From positions 30,506,001 to 30,570,000 of the forward strand of contig NC_086109.1 in assembly GCF_963921235.1 (NCBI RefSeq): DNA of 64,000 nt, given 5' to 3'. The DNA comes from Mobula hypostoma (taxonomy: Eukaryota). This document shows positions 23,215 to 35,479 of the stretch, one piece after another. Position numbers and translations under genes: made by a program. The notes beneath the pieces were generated by a model, which ran no database searches, had not been told where the DNA came from, and was given only the letters and a program-made list of their open reading frames with translations. Numbering within the stretch: the stretch's first letter is position 1; the number at the start of each line of letters is the position of its first letter.

Positions 23215-25553
23215 ACTTATTTATTTGTTTGTTTGTTTGTTTATTGAGTATAGAATAGGCCCTTCCGGCACTTTAAGCCACGCTGCCCAGCAATCCACCA
23301 GTTCAATCCTAGCCTAATCACCCAACAATTTGCAATGACCAATTAACCTACCACCCGGTATGTCATTGAATCGTGGGGGAAAAGTGGAGCACCTGGAGGA
23401 AACAGGGTGAATGTACAAACTCCTTACAGGCGGCAATGAGAATTGAACCCGGGTCGCCTGTACTATAAAGCTTTTGTAATACCCTGGGAAAGGTTTCACT
23501 GCTAATGTAATGGTCTTTCTGCAGAAGCAGTGTTTGAGTTATGGTTCGAGATAACAGATGCTTTGGAATGTGAGCTGGGCCTTTTGTTCGGCATGAGATG
23601 AAGGGAGAAGACGCTGGAGAGAGCCGATTGTAGGATAAGACCTGGTGGGGAGATCGTGATTCGATGAGCCGGTCGTAGGATCGTGATTCGCGAGCCGGTC
23701 GTAGGATACGACCTGGTGGGGAGATTGTGATTTGTTGGAGCCAGGCACCGAGCTCGACTGAGGATCGGTGAATTGAGTTCCAACTGGTGCACATTTGACT
23801 GTTTAATTATAATGGGCCCTTTTTGTTGTTTTCTTTCTTTTCTTCACTAACCCTTTAGTTAAGATTCATAAATATAATTTCTTTAATTGTATGCAGTGTG
23901 CTGTCTGTTGTTTCTTGGCACTGAGTGGTAACAGGGTTGCAAATTACACAGCATCCACACAAACCGGGGTTTGGGGTGGGAGAACCGTTTCAATCTCACG
24001 GGTTTGACGAGACTGGGGTGTGGCTTCCCTAGACTAATGGAGTCAAGGAAACCAGGCGGTTTCATTGTGGGGGTATCATCCAGCATTGATTTTGTTGGAT
24101 GCTGTGTGATTGCCCTGAGCATTGATCCAGTGAGTTGTGTGTTTAAACCTGGAGAATGAGTCCTCATAAAGAATCTGAGGCTACCTGGGAAGCATAGGTT
24201 GGCTGACCGTCGGGCAGCTATGCCCTACGTAGTGGAGAATCAGATGCCAAACGTACCAGTTTTCCGGGTGAATCCAGGGGATGTGAATGGGCCTGTCAAG
24301 ATTGTCCATCAGAACCACCTTCTACCTCTGGGACACGAGGCACATGTTGACCCAGAGCCTGACCTGTTCCCTACACCCAGTAAGAGGACTCTGCAGCGAC
24401 ATGGGCAAACTGAAGGACCAGCAGTGGGAAGGATTAGGCTGGACCCCACCCCTGAACATGATACAGATTCAGAGGATGAGGAAATAGGGGTGTGGTATAT
24501 GCTGCCCTTCGCAAACTCCCCAATAACGGATGAAGAGTTTCCCAATCCTTCTCATGCTGAGGCAGGTGAAATGGGGGTGGGAGGGAACTAGCAGTGGACA
24601 GGCAGGGTTGGGGTTAGGAAATAATGAGAAGCTGGACTCTAAAGTAACTGGGCACAAGGGTGAGCTCAGTCAAATGATGAGGGGCTCTGAGTTGTCAGGA
24701 GGCACGAGTAATGGGCAGGAAGGGGCCTCCCCAGATAGACAGGAAAGAGCACAGGGAATGTCTGCAGCTGAAGAAGTAGATGATGGGGTAAGGAGGTCCC
24801 AAAGAGTCAGGAGACCCCCAGACAGACTGGCCTATGTCATACTCGGGGAACAGAGTGCGGCACCTATCCCCTTGGTGAGCTATGTCACTGCCATTTGCAC
24901 CTGGGTTGGACTTTATGTTTGTATGAAGGGGTGACAAATAATCTCAATGTCATATGGACATGACTAATTATGGTGGCAGGAGAGTGTAACACCCTGGGAA
25001 AGGTTTTACTGCTAACGTAATGGTCTTTCTGTAGAAGTAGCGTTTGGGTTATGGTTAGAAATAATGGATGCTTTGGAATATGAGCTGGGCCTTTTTGTTT
25101 GGCTGGAAATGAAGAGATAAGACGTGGAGAGAATCAGTCGTCGGATACGACCCGGTCGGGAGTTCATGATTCGATGGAGCCAGGCACCGAGGTCGACTGA
25201 GGATCAGTGAATTGAGCTCCAACTGGTGCACATTTGACTGTTTAATAATAATGGGCCCTTTTCATTTTTTTTTTCTTTTCTTTACTAACCTTTTAGTTAA
25301 GATTCAAAAATATAATTTCTTTAATCATTTGCAGTGTGCTGTCTGTTGTGTCTTGGCACTGAGTTGTAACTGGGTAGCAAATTACACAGCATCCACACAA
25401 ACTGGAGTTGGGATGGGACAGCCATCTCAATCTCACAGGTTTGGCAGGACCAGAGTGTCTCTTCCCTAGACTTATGCAACCAAGGAAACTGGGGCGGTGG
25501 GGGGGGGGGCGGGGTGTTCATGTTGAATTAGCCACTACAGCACTGTGCTGCCC
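23215..25553 (-). mobile_element. V-domain tRNA SINE (23215-23474 plus 25521-25553), split by an LTR element
   Basis: (TTTA/TTTG)n tail, V core GGAGCACCTGGAGGAAAC, reversed B box GAATTGAACCC; the A-box part resumes after 25520. Confidence 0.75.
23475..25520 (+). mobile_element. Internally deleted non-autonomous Gypsy-type LTR element (TRIM-like)
   Basis: LTRs 23475-24064 and 24985-25520 (TGTAA...TTCA); decayed tRNA-Pro PBS TGGGGGTATCATCCAGCATT; PPT GGTGGCAGGAGAG. The 920-bp interior keeps only the pol C-terminus (GKHRLADR..PYVV..VHQNHLLP; RRSQRVRRPPDRL). Flanks CTTT/TGTT may be a decayed 4-bp TSD. Confidence 0.9.
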
Positions 25554-26035
25554 TTTTAGAAGTAGATTTCAGCATACAATGAAAGTAACATGCATAGAGC
25601 ACAATTCATGGATTTATAACCTGATCTGAAAGAGATCAACTTCTGTCACTGTAACTTATAAAATTTCACTTCCATACTTAGCAAGTTTAAAAGCCGTTTA
25701 TGATCTTTGTCATGCTAAGGAACAGTCGGTCGAATGCTGGGCAAAACCAATGCCATATTTTCAATTTTGGTTATTTTTAATTGAACCAGTTAGGCCAAAT
25801 TTTGTGTGGTGCTTTGGGAGATGGGAATGAACTGGATGAAATATTACATTGAAGTGAGTTTAACAATCGTACTTTCACAACATTGATCCATCTTGAATTG
25901 AAATATATCTGGATTGCAGAAATTCCAATATTAATTGATTTTAAATAACTTTGAATGTTATTGTAGGTGGATTTATGTGTTACAATGTTCAAATCGCAAA
26001 GAGCATAATTTAAAAAAAAATTCTAGGTGGGCATA

Positions 26036-26543
26036 TACAATACTATGCAAAAGTCTTAGGCACATATACATATGTAGGTAGAGTGCCTAAGAGTTTTGTC
26101 AACCTGGATTGAAGAGCGAGTTTGTAAATCTGGTGGGAGCAAAGGATGTTGGGAATGGTGAGAGTAGAGCATTGTGGGAGTGGTGTGGGACCAGTGGCAG
26201 AGAAGGATTGCCAGGGCCAGGCAGACACATTCAGCCCTGAGACATCAGGCAAAGTAATTTGATTCAAAGCAATTGGTGTATTGATCATTACAGAACATCT
26301 CTCTGGTGATTCCTGCTCACTCCTTCTCACTTCTCCTTTTCCCAAACATGATTCACCTCTCCCTGCTCCCTTCGCGCTCTCAGTCCACAGTATAGACCCA
26401 CATCAGAATAAGGTTTATCATCACTTACATACATTATGAAGTTTGTTTCTTTTTGTGGCAGCAATGCAGTGCAATACATAAAATTACTACAGTACTGTGC
26501 AAAAGTCTTAGACACCCTACCCAAGACATTTGCACAGTACTGT
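26036..26543. mobile_element. Composite Tc1-type MITE: two mini TIR-pair units around ~390 bp of passenger DNA
   Basis: TIR CAGTACTGTGCAAAAGTCTTAG(G)CAC after TA at 26038 and 26490; inverted copies at ~26085-26098 (partial) and 26520-26542. Confidence 0.75.
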
Positions 26544-26719
26544 CGAAATGTGACTTCCCGTAAATATTGCATCATAGATTATAAAAGGTTAATGGGATAT
26601 ATAAAGTCTTTATTCTGTTTGATTTTACTCTGTTATGATAAAAATTGAGACATAAATTAAATTGATATACTTTACAGACTTTCTTTTTGGTTTTTCGTAT
26701 TAATCCCATAAGTTCAAAG

Positions 26720-27060
26720 TTCAGAGAAATGAGAACAAAGCTAATTGAAACTTACAAAATTCATAAAGGACTTAACATGCTGGATTCAAGGAGGACATTC
26801 TCCCAAATGGTGAGGCTTGGACAAGGTGATGTAATTTAGAGTAACTGGTAGGTTGTTAGAAGAGATTTCTTCTTTGCTTGCTGTAAACCTTTGGGATTCC
26901 TTATCCTAAACACTGTGGAGGTTCAGTCTTTGCATGTATTCAAAACAAAGGTAAATCTGCAAATTAAGAAATAATGCAGAAAATGGCACTGAAGTAGACC
27001 AACTTAATTTTGATGCATAGTGAAACAGGATGGCCTTTTCCTTCTGCTTCTTGTGCTTAT
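26720..27060 (+). mobile_element. Old CR1 3' end
   Basis: Decayed MRxxLIETYKI.KGL motif followed by a CR1-like 3' UTR. Confidence 0.55.
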
Positions 27061-28039
27061 CTGGTCTTATAAATGAACTCTCTTCCATTGACTGAAATAA
27101 TCTTTTAATTGGAAAAATAGGATTCTTTCATCCTTCAACTAACTAAAGTGAACTCCTACCAGGAGGTGTTAAAATGGTTAATAACTCTGGACATAACCTA
27201 TGAAGCATAGTTGATTTAGATTTTGCAGTTCAGTAGGTCCAATTAATATCTCCAGGAGTCAACATGGACTCTTAGGTGAAGAGAATATTAAAATCATTTA
27301 AATATTCTAATAATGCAGCAGAGATCATCCGATTTTCAAATATATTACGATCTCATAGTCTCGTTTACAGAACATTGCAGGTATTGTTAAAATATATCTT
27401 AGCTACGTAATTGACTGCTAGATGATTAAGAAGGTTTGAACGTCTAAGGATAATGTAGTTCTCATGTTACCAGTCCAAGGCCTGAATCAATAATCTGGAA
27501 ACATGAGTTCAAGTTCCACTTTGTATATTCAAATGTAGTTAATTAAACAAAATTGAAATTAAAATGGTTGTATCAGTGATGGTGATCACAAAATTACAAT
27601 GAGGTCCTTGTAAGGAAATCTATCATCCTAAATAGAGAGAGAAAAACAGTGTGAATTTTATCAGAATTAGTAAAAGTTTTAAGTTCTAGAGAAGGGGAGG
27701 TCTGCAATAGGTTGAAGAAAGTTCAAATGACACAAGTGCAGAGCAACTTGCTTAGAATCAGTTGTGAAGGCTTTTTAATCACAGTTGGGAGGGAAGTAAA
27801 AGTAAAAAAAAAAATCAATGCTCAAAATGTGAGATACAAGCCATTATAACAGCAGTAAACCTGAAATAAAAGAGTTTGTTGGACCTTTTCAGTCGACTAG
27901 GCAGCACCTGTAGAAAAGGTGAATTGTATTCTTTTTTATCTCTGCAATTTCAGACATGTTTGATTTCAAACTCCTCTTAAATCTGATGAACATTCATTGA
28001 TCTGAATAACAATTCATTAACTCTTTTTTTTCCTCATAC

Positions 28040-28240
28040 AGCGTTACACACGAAATACTGGAGGTACTCAGCAAGTCAGGCAGCATCTAGGAGGGAAGTA
28101 AACAGTCAGTGTTACAAGTCAAAACTTTTCATCTGTCTAGACCCGAAATGCCTCCTGCTTTCTCCTCTGACCTGCTGAGTTCTTCTAGCATTCTGTGTAT
28201 GTTGCTCAAGATTTCCAGTATCTGCAGAATCTCTTGAGTT
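28040..28240. repeat. Fold-back PLE pLTR mini-element
   Basis: ATACTGGAGGTACTCAGCAAGTCAGG ... CTGACCTGCTGAGTTCTTCTAGCAT inverted arms, with central CCCGAAAT. Confidence 0.7.
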
Positions 28241-28629
28241 TATGATTTGTGGCCTCCAAGATGCTGACTGACCTGACTTTCAGATTTTCAGAATTAGCAT
28301 TCCTTTTTCTATTCATTCCAGTCTTGGTAACTGGTGTTAACACTTCAGATCCCAAGTAATGTGAATCATCCACTTTACAGGTATCTTGGATGAGTATTAA
28401 ATGCTGGTTGCTGGGAATATTCAAGTTCCAAGCTCAAATGAAAAAAGACTCTGAGAAAATAGAAATGTAGAACGTGAAGAATTAAGTGGCTGGAGAGTAG
28501 CATAAGGCAAACCCTTTACAAACAAAACCAAATAATATTCATATTCTCATCTTGTTTTGTTCTGATTTTCAAGAAAGACTATAATTTCCACACCATTCAT
28601 TTGTAGATGATATTCCTTTTAAGTTATTA

Positions 28630-28865
28630 GTGGACAGCATGGTAATGTAGCGGTTAACATAATGCTGTAATAGCACCAGTGACCTGAGTTCAATTTCATC
28701 ACAATCTGTACATTCTCCACGTGACTGTGTGTGTTTCGTTTGGAAGCTCCAGTTTACTCTCACATTCCAAACATGTCCGGACTCATAGGTTAATTAGTCA
28801 CATGAGTGTAATTGGGCAGCATGGGGCAGAAGGGCCGATGCCTATGCTTTACCTCAAAAAAATTA
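28630..28865 (+). mobile_element. Degenerate V-domain tRNA SINE
   Basis: A-box-like GTAGCGGTTA, B-box-like GAGTTCAATT, V core TTCTCCACGTGACTGTGTGTGTTTC. Confidence 0.6.
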
Positions 28866-30153
28866 TTCCTGAAAAACATCACTGGTTAAGTTGTTGGCAT
28901 TCAGTTGACCCAAAATTTGCACGTGAAATCCTAGATTTAAAAAAATATGCTGCATGAGCAACCTGTAAAGATATCTACAAAGTATAGTTTTGTTATTACA
29001 AGAGTCTGTATGGAGAGGCAATAATTTCATGGTTTAATTCTTCCTTTTCATCATCTGATAAGAAAGCTATTAAGGTTATTTACTTGAAGAATGTTCATGG
29101 GAAGGGTGTGCTTCATGGAAAATTGTTAAGAACTTAAATATAGGTTTGGGTCAAAACTTCTCCCAAAAGGAGTAGATTTTAAGAAAATTTTGCAGGATTT
29201 TGATTAAGCTACTCTATAAACTGCTATATTAATAAATAATGACTTATGATAATTATTCATGTTTATACTGAATCTGATCACCTTTATAAATGGTAAGTGA
29301 GGAAAACCTGCTTCACCTACTTTTAGTTAAATGTACCAAAATGAAAGCTGAAGATTGGCTTCCAGAAGTGAGTCAACAATTTACTGAAACATCTAGTTAT
29401 AGAAGTCATTCACTTACCTTTCACTGTGAAAAATCGTGAGAGAAAATAGTGGGTTTTATTATGGGAATTGTATCTTCCTGAAATTAGTCTTAATATATTT
29501 TTCTAGACATCTTGTCATATATTGATTAAAAACAGACAAATACAAAATTGTGTTCTATCTTGTTGTCAATCCAAGTCTAATTTGAATGCATAATATTACT
29601 GGATTTCATTTCTCAGGCACAGGAAAACTCATTCATTATTGTCACACTTAATTTCTAAACTAAATGTATAATATAACATGGATTTGTGAAAAATATAAAA
29701 TTCAAAACAGCAGAAAGAAAATAAATAAAGAAATCAAAGAAAACAGAGACAGATGGAGTTAATAAGTGAAAATAGAAAATTGTAAAAATTGTTGAAGCCA
29801 GCTAAGGGGCTCAGTCATAAACTTAGAGAGCAGAGCAGAGATATCAATCTCCTTCCATTTGTATTGCTCTGTGGACATCACTTTGAAATTGAACATCAAG
29901 ATGAATCTGCTTAACAGCTCTCAAATGGTTCAAGATGGACCAGGATTCTCAAGGAAGCCTTTTTCTTCGATGTGCTAGCTTTGTATGAGATCAGTTTGTG
30001 ATATTGGCAGTTAACAAATAGTTGGACCATTGAATAGAAGGGAATCATATTGGTAGACATGTATACAAGTGTATTAACTGTGTTTCAATGTCTATGAGGT
30101 CTGAGCAATGTTCGGAGGGTTTTCTAATAGAATTGATACCTTATTCATTACCA

Positions 30154-30485
30154 CCACCTCCAAGAGGACCAGAACCTTGTCATGGGGTTTGGAAGCATGC
30201 ATGCCTCAATGACCCAGAGAGCTCTGCTGGCTGAGGTCAGGGCCTTGTGCTTTAGCTCCTGATAGGATCACCTGTGCCAAATAGGTCAATGGGTAGAGGC
30301 CAGACCAAGAGTGGTCCATCGGTCCTTCAGTTTCGGGGATTTGGCTCAGGGCTAACAACACTGGCTGGTCAAGAAACAATTGTTACGGAAACAGCAATGA
30401 AGAATCCTTCCATAAAGACGGAGGTGGAGGACCTTCATTACTGCCCTAAATGCCAGCTCCATAACAGGCAGTAAGTAAATAAGTT
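30154..30485 (+). mobile_element. Bipartite non-autonomous RTE-clade element (5' UTR joined to the 3' end)
   Basis: 5' CCTTGTCATGG..GCCTCAATGACCCAGAGAGCT..GTGGTCCA resembles RTE/BovB 5' UTRs; 3' TGGAGGACCTTC..GCCCTA..(TAAG)n tail; ATTACCA on both flanks. Confidence 0.65.
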
Positions 30486-32308
30486 ATTACCAACCTATTA
30501 TATTGTTTGACTAAGATTTATATTGAGAAGTCTTCAGGCAGTTTGATGTGTGAGAACATGGAGAGCCATGCTTGCTTAGTGTCAATGACATTGAATTTAG
30601 ACCATCCTTAGCTGAACATCAACTCCAATCATGAAGCAATTCTTAAACCTGATCATGCAACACTATTCCACTGCTGAATATACAAAGATGAGTTAAGTGT
30701 AAATAGTATGGCAGATCTGCTTCCTTATAATATATTTAGCAGTCTTCCAGAAAATGCAACTCTATGCTTGACACTTGCTTCAAAATTCTGAAGGTGCTGT
30801 TGGTAGGGTGATGTTAACCTTGTGTGATCCTTTGGTATCTCAGCATCAAGCCACAGGCGATTTTTTTTCAGTTGCTGATGTTGCTTAGTTGGAAGGTGAA
30901 GACAGTTCGCTCGTTAGCAGCTGGGTCAAATCTCTAATTTAGGGAATAGACGTCAAGGGGACTGCAGATCCTAGGTAACCACCAGTATTATGGTGTACAG
31001 ATCTTTATAATGGAACCCTAAATCTTGATCAGAGATCACAGTGTTAATCTTGAAGGAGACTGAGACTGCTAAGTTTGAAACCTAATGATATTTTTACTAA
31101 CAGCTGATCAATCTGATACATCGATCTCTTTAATTATTGGCTAATCACAGTCCACACTGTACCAATGGTCAGCCAGTGGATCTGAAGAGTCCATACAGTA
31201 ATACAACCATGGTTTCATGCTTCTACAATGCAAGGTAAAGGTTAAGAATGCAATGAAGGATACATCTGCATATATCTGAGATTTCACTTTGTCCCTGGAC
31301 TAATCATTAGGTAAAGGCACATTGTTAAGTTGCTGTGCTGAGAGTATGAATACTATTTGCACCTGAACCTTCCACCATATGTCAGTCAAAGCTGAAGCAT
31401 CTATCTGGATCATTTCTAGTGGTCAAAAATATTTGGAAACTATAAGAAGGCCTTCTGTCAGCAGGAGTGCAAAGACACTCATTGGGGCACTCCTTAGACA
31501 GGGCTTTAAGCTTACCCTGTCTGTAACCCAGATACCGCTCATGGCTCATCATGCTTTGTGGAAGGGCCATTGTGGAAATTACTAATTAAGTGAGATTACT
31601 CAATTTGAATGAAATGTCAGTTAGTGTTAGATATCTTATAATATGATTTCTTTTGGAAGTTTTATGTAACAAATTTTATTTAGATTTAGAGATACAACTA
31701 CAGGGCCTTCTTGGCCAGTGAGACTGTTGCCACCTATTTACAATCATGTGACCAATTAACCTAAATTAAACTCTGTTTGGAAAAAGACTGGGAAAACTCA
31801 GCACATACGGAAGGAGAAAGGAACAATATTTCAGCTTAAAGACTCTTCATCTGTACCATGCGAAAGACTTTAGTTCCAAAATATTAACTCATTTGCTCTT
31901 TCCACAGATGCTGTACGATCTTCTGAGTGTGTCCAAAATCTTCTGTCTTTATTTTTTTAGATCTGCAGTTTAAAAAAAAATTCATAGGCTCTTCTTGGGA
32001 GTAAAGTCTGCTTCCCATGAGAAATGAATGTTTCTATGAGACATTCCTACCATAACCCTGTTCCAGACAGTATGGCCGTTGCTTGGTTTGAGACCATTCC
32101 TCAGTGCCGTCCCAGTAGACCCATTATAGATTGACTGGCTGTAGTCCACTGACATGGAGTTCATCAGCTTGAAAAGGATAACGAGTTTCCAATAAGTGGG
32201 ATATGTAGCTTGAGGACAGTGCTACAAATTAGTTTGAGATCCATATCAGATCGATATAAAGAGCAGGATGAAGTAAAGTGGCAGAAAATCTATTTTTTGG
32301 GAGTGGGG

Positions 32309-33065
32309 TCAGAATCCGAATCAGGTTTATTATCACTGATGTACAGTATGTTGTGAAATTTGTTTGTTTTGTAGCAGCAGAACAGGACAATACATAAAAA
32401 TATTGATATAAGTTGCAATAAGAATGTATACAAATAAACAAGTTGTACAAAAAGAGAGCAAAATAGTCAATTAATGTTCATTGGTTCATGGGCTGATCAG
32501 AAATCTGATGGCAGAGGGGAAGAAGCTGTTCCTAAAACACTGCGTAAGCTTCTTCACTCTTCCTCCTCCCTGGTGAGGAGAGGGCAGATCCTGGATGATG
32601 AGGGCCCTACATGATGATTGCTGCCTTCCTGAAAGCAAGGAAAGATTTGCCTTAATTCTCACATGTACTTCAAAACATACAGTGAAATATGTCATTTGCG
32701 TCACATCAAATCAGCGAAGATTGGGCTGGGCAAGTGTGGCCCCGCCTCCAGCACCAACATAGTTTGCCCACAACTTAATGAACCTAAATGTCTGTCTGAA
32801 CTTACTAACCCTAAGGGTCTGTCTGAAATGTGGGAGGAAACCATGCAGTCACAGAGTGAATGTACAAACTCCTTACAGTTTGTGAGGCATTGCCTTTTGA
32901 AGATGTCACTGATGATGTGGAGGCTTGTGCTCAGGACAGAGCTGGAAGCTTTTTATGATCCTCTGCACTGGTGTCTCCACTGACAGTGACACAGCCAGCC
33001 AGAACGCTCTCCATGGTACATCTGTGGAAATTTGCCAGTTTTTGGTGACGCGCCAAGTCAGTTAT
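32309..33065 (-). mobile_element. Rex1/Babar 3' fragment with a V-SINE (~32640-32880) inserted
   Basis: (GATTCT)-type tail at 32309; FRNSFFPSAIRFL; ANFHRCTMESVLAGCVTV; SINE core TGTGGGAGGAAACC. Confidence 0.75.
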
Positions 33066-34104
33066 GCTGTTTGGACAATTGGAGGAGAGAGGGAGAGAAC
33101 CCACATTCCTAGACAGTAAATCCAGTGCAGAGGTATTTTTGGCTTCTGCTGATGGCATTGGATTTATTCCACAAAAAAGCAGGAGCATGTCAATTCTTTA
33201 CCGAGGAAATGTTGTTCCATATGTGGGTGGAGTTAATATTAAATGTTCCTCTGGATACATATTTGGTTGGCTTGCACCAACATTTAACTTCATAGGTGGT
33301 TGAGTCAGAGATAATGCAAGTATAATCTGACTGATCAAATGTGTTAAATGATGAGCAATTTCTTAAGACATTCCGAAATTGCACTAAACTATTTTTGTAA
33401 ATTGGTATTAAATTATGATGGTGATAATGAGCCTCTTTTATTGTGATAACAGCATGTATAAAATATCAACAGCTGTTAGAGTGCATTGCTTTTCTAATTT
33501 ATCTTGTCTTGACCAGCAAAGAAAATTTGTTACTCTGCTTGTAAATTGACAGTGATCAGGGTGATGTAGTGACAATGTAAAACTGCAGGGGGCAGTGTTT
33601 CATTTTATTTTGACGCTCAACACTGGAGGTGAAATAACATGGCAGTAAATAGAAATGGCTGGAAATACACCGTGGATGCATCAACAACAAGAAAGTGGAC
33701 TGACAGATTTATGTTCTGGATCTGCTGACATTTTAGCCTTTAAAGAAATAAAATACGTGCCTGCTGGAAAACTGGGGCAAGAGAGATTTCAGCTTGACAT
33801 ACACTTGGGGTTTTAAAGCCAATTTCTGGGCAATATAAAAGCCTTTTGCAAACAGCAGAGGAAAAATACTTAATATTTTTCAGTATGTGCGGGAATTAAA
33901 TCTCAATTCCAGACTGGAATTGTAGTGCAGCAAAAGAACCTCCTCAGTTGAACAGGGTTTACTGTGGTCGACCACTGATTTTCAAAGTGCTCCTTTTGTT
34001 ATTAAACAGGCTTTAAGTATGAATAGTGAAGCACAATTTTTCATACCATCCTGCATCTTTGATAGGTTTCACTTGCTGATGCATTGTTACAAGCGTATTG
34101 TGAA

Positions 34105-34340
34105 CCAGAAACAAAATCAGGTTTATTATCACCGACAAATATGAAATCTGCTGTTTTGCGGCTGTAGTGTTGTGCAATACATAAAAAGATGCTGTAAATT
34201 ACAATAAGAAATACATAATAGAATAAGTAGTACAACAAGAGAGTAAAATCAGCAGATAGTGTTCATGGGTTCATGGACTGTTTGGAAATCTGATGGCAGA
34301 AGGGAAGAAGCTGTTCCTTAAATGTTGAGTTTGGTCTTCA
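34105..34340 (-). mobile_element. Rex1/Babar 3' tail fragment
   Basis: ATCAGGTTTATTATCACC ... CTGATGGCAGAAGGGAAGAAGCTGTTCC. Confidence 0.7.
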
Positions 34341-34809
34341 TGTGTTGATGCAGAGAAGAAAACAATGGTCCAATTACTGCATCAGGTTTGGAGCATCGCT
34401 TTGTGTTCAGCAATAACTAGACTTGTCACATAGTCATAGAGAGTTTGAGCACAGAAAAAGGCCCTTCAGCCCACTAATTCCAATGCTGTCAATCAACAAC
34501 CAATGTTCACTAATCCTAAATTCATTCCAAATTTTACTCCCACTGAATTCTTGTTCACTTCTAAAAAGTCTTTAAACACACCTCTTTGACTAAGATTATG
34601 ATCATTTACCATAATATTTCTTTAATATGTCAAATTTTGTTTAATATCATCAGCAAAACATCTCGTGATATTAAGAGTGATCTCTAAAGAGATAGTAATA
34701 GAGAAGGGATTGTTGTAAGAATCTATTTCCCTTTCCTCTTGTCGAGATGCTGGATAGAAAGGGGGCTGAATCAGGTGTCATCACTGACGTATGTAAAAAA
34801 TATATAAAA

Positions 34810-35137
34810 GTGTGGGCACGTGGCCAAGTGGTTAAGGCATTGGACTAGCGACCTGAAGGTCATAAGGTCATGAATTCGAGCCCCAGCCGAGGCAACGTGT
34901 TGTTTCCTTGAGCAAGGCACTTAATCACACATTACTTTGTGATGACACTGGTGCCAGGCTGTATGGGTCCTAATGCCCTTCCCTTGGACAACATAGGTGT
35001 CGTGGAGCGGGGAGACTTGCAGCATGGGCAACTGCAAGTCTTCCATACAACCTTGCCCAGGCCTGCGCCCTGGAGAGTGAAGACTTTCCAGGTGCAGATC
35101 CATGGTCTCACAAGACTAGCAGATGCCTTTACTTATT
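34810..35137 (+). mobile_element. tRNA-derived SINE with CORE-like segment and LINE-derived (probably RTE) tail
   Basis: A box TGGCCAAGTGG, B box GAATTCGAGCC, CORE-like TCCTTGAGCAAGGCACTTAA, tail CCATGGTCTCACAAGACTAGCAGATGCC. TATGTAAAAAA occurs on both flanks. Confidence 0.8.
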
Positions 35138-35479
35138 TATGTAAAAAAAATTACTCATTTCAACCCTCAGAAATGTCCTTTGGTTTCTAAGAATTGGATG
35201 TTAATTGCTTAGACACTGCTACAATCAGCCAATGAAAATATTCAGAGCGATATGAAAAAAATGTTCTTATTTTATTTGTAAGTGTTTGTTTATTAGCTAG
35301 CTATAACCATATAGGACTTGGGAAGAAGAACAGTTTGGCGCATTGTGATAGTTGGAAGCAAAGGATTCAATCTAAATTAGAATAATCACATTGTTGCCTG
35401 GGTAATTTTATTTGGATTGATGACCCACTGTTATCCATTGTGAGATTACTTGTGTCAAGTGCTGCAGCTTCATTCCCTT

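Noticed and set aside
31104..31234. Plus-strand coding exon (TTTTTACTAACAG ... AAG|GTAAAG)
   Set aside because: Stops in all three frames; only a non-coding exon is possible and nothing supports one.
34810..34895. tRNA gene
   Set aside because: A/B boxes are present, but there is an internal duplication, no clean cloverleaf or T-run terminator, and it continues into a SINE body.
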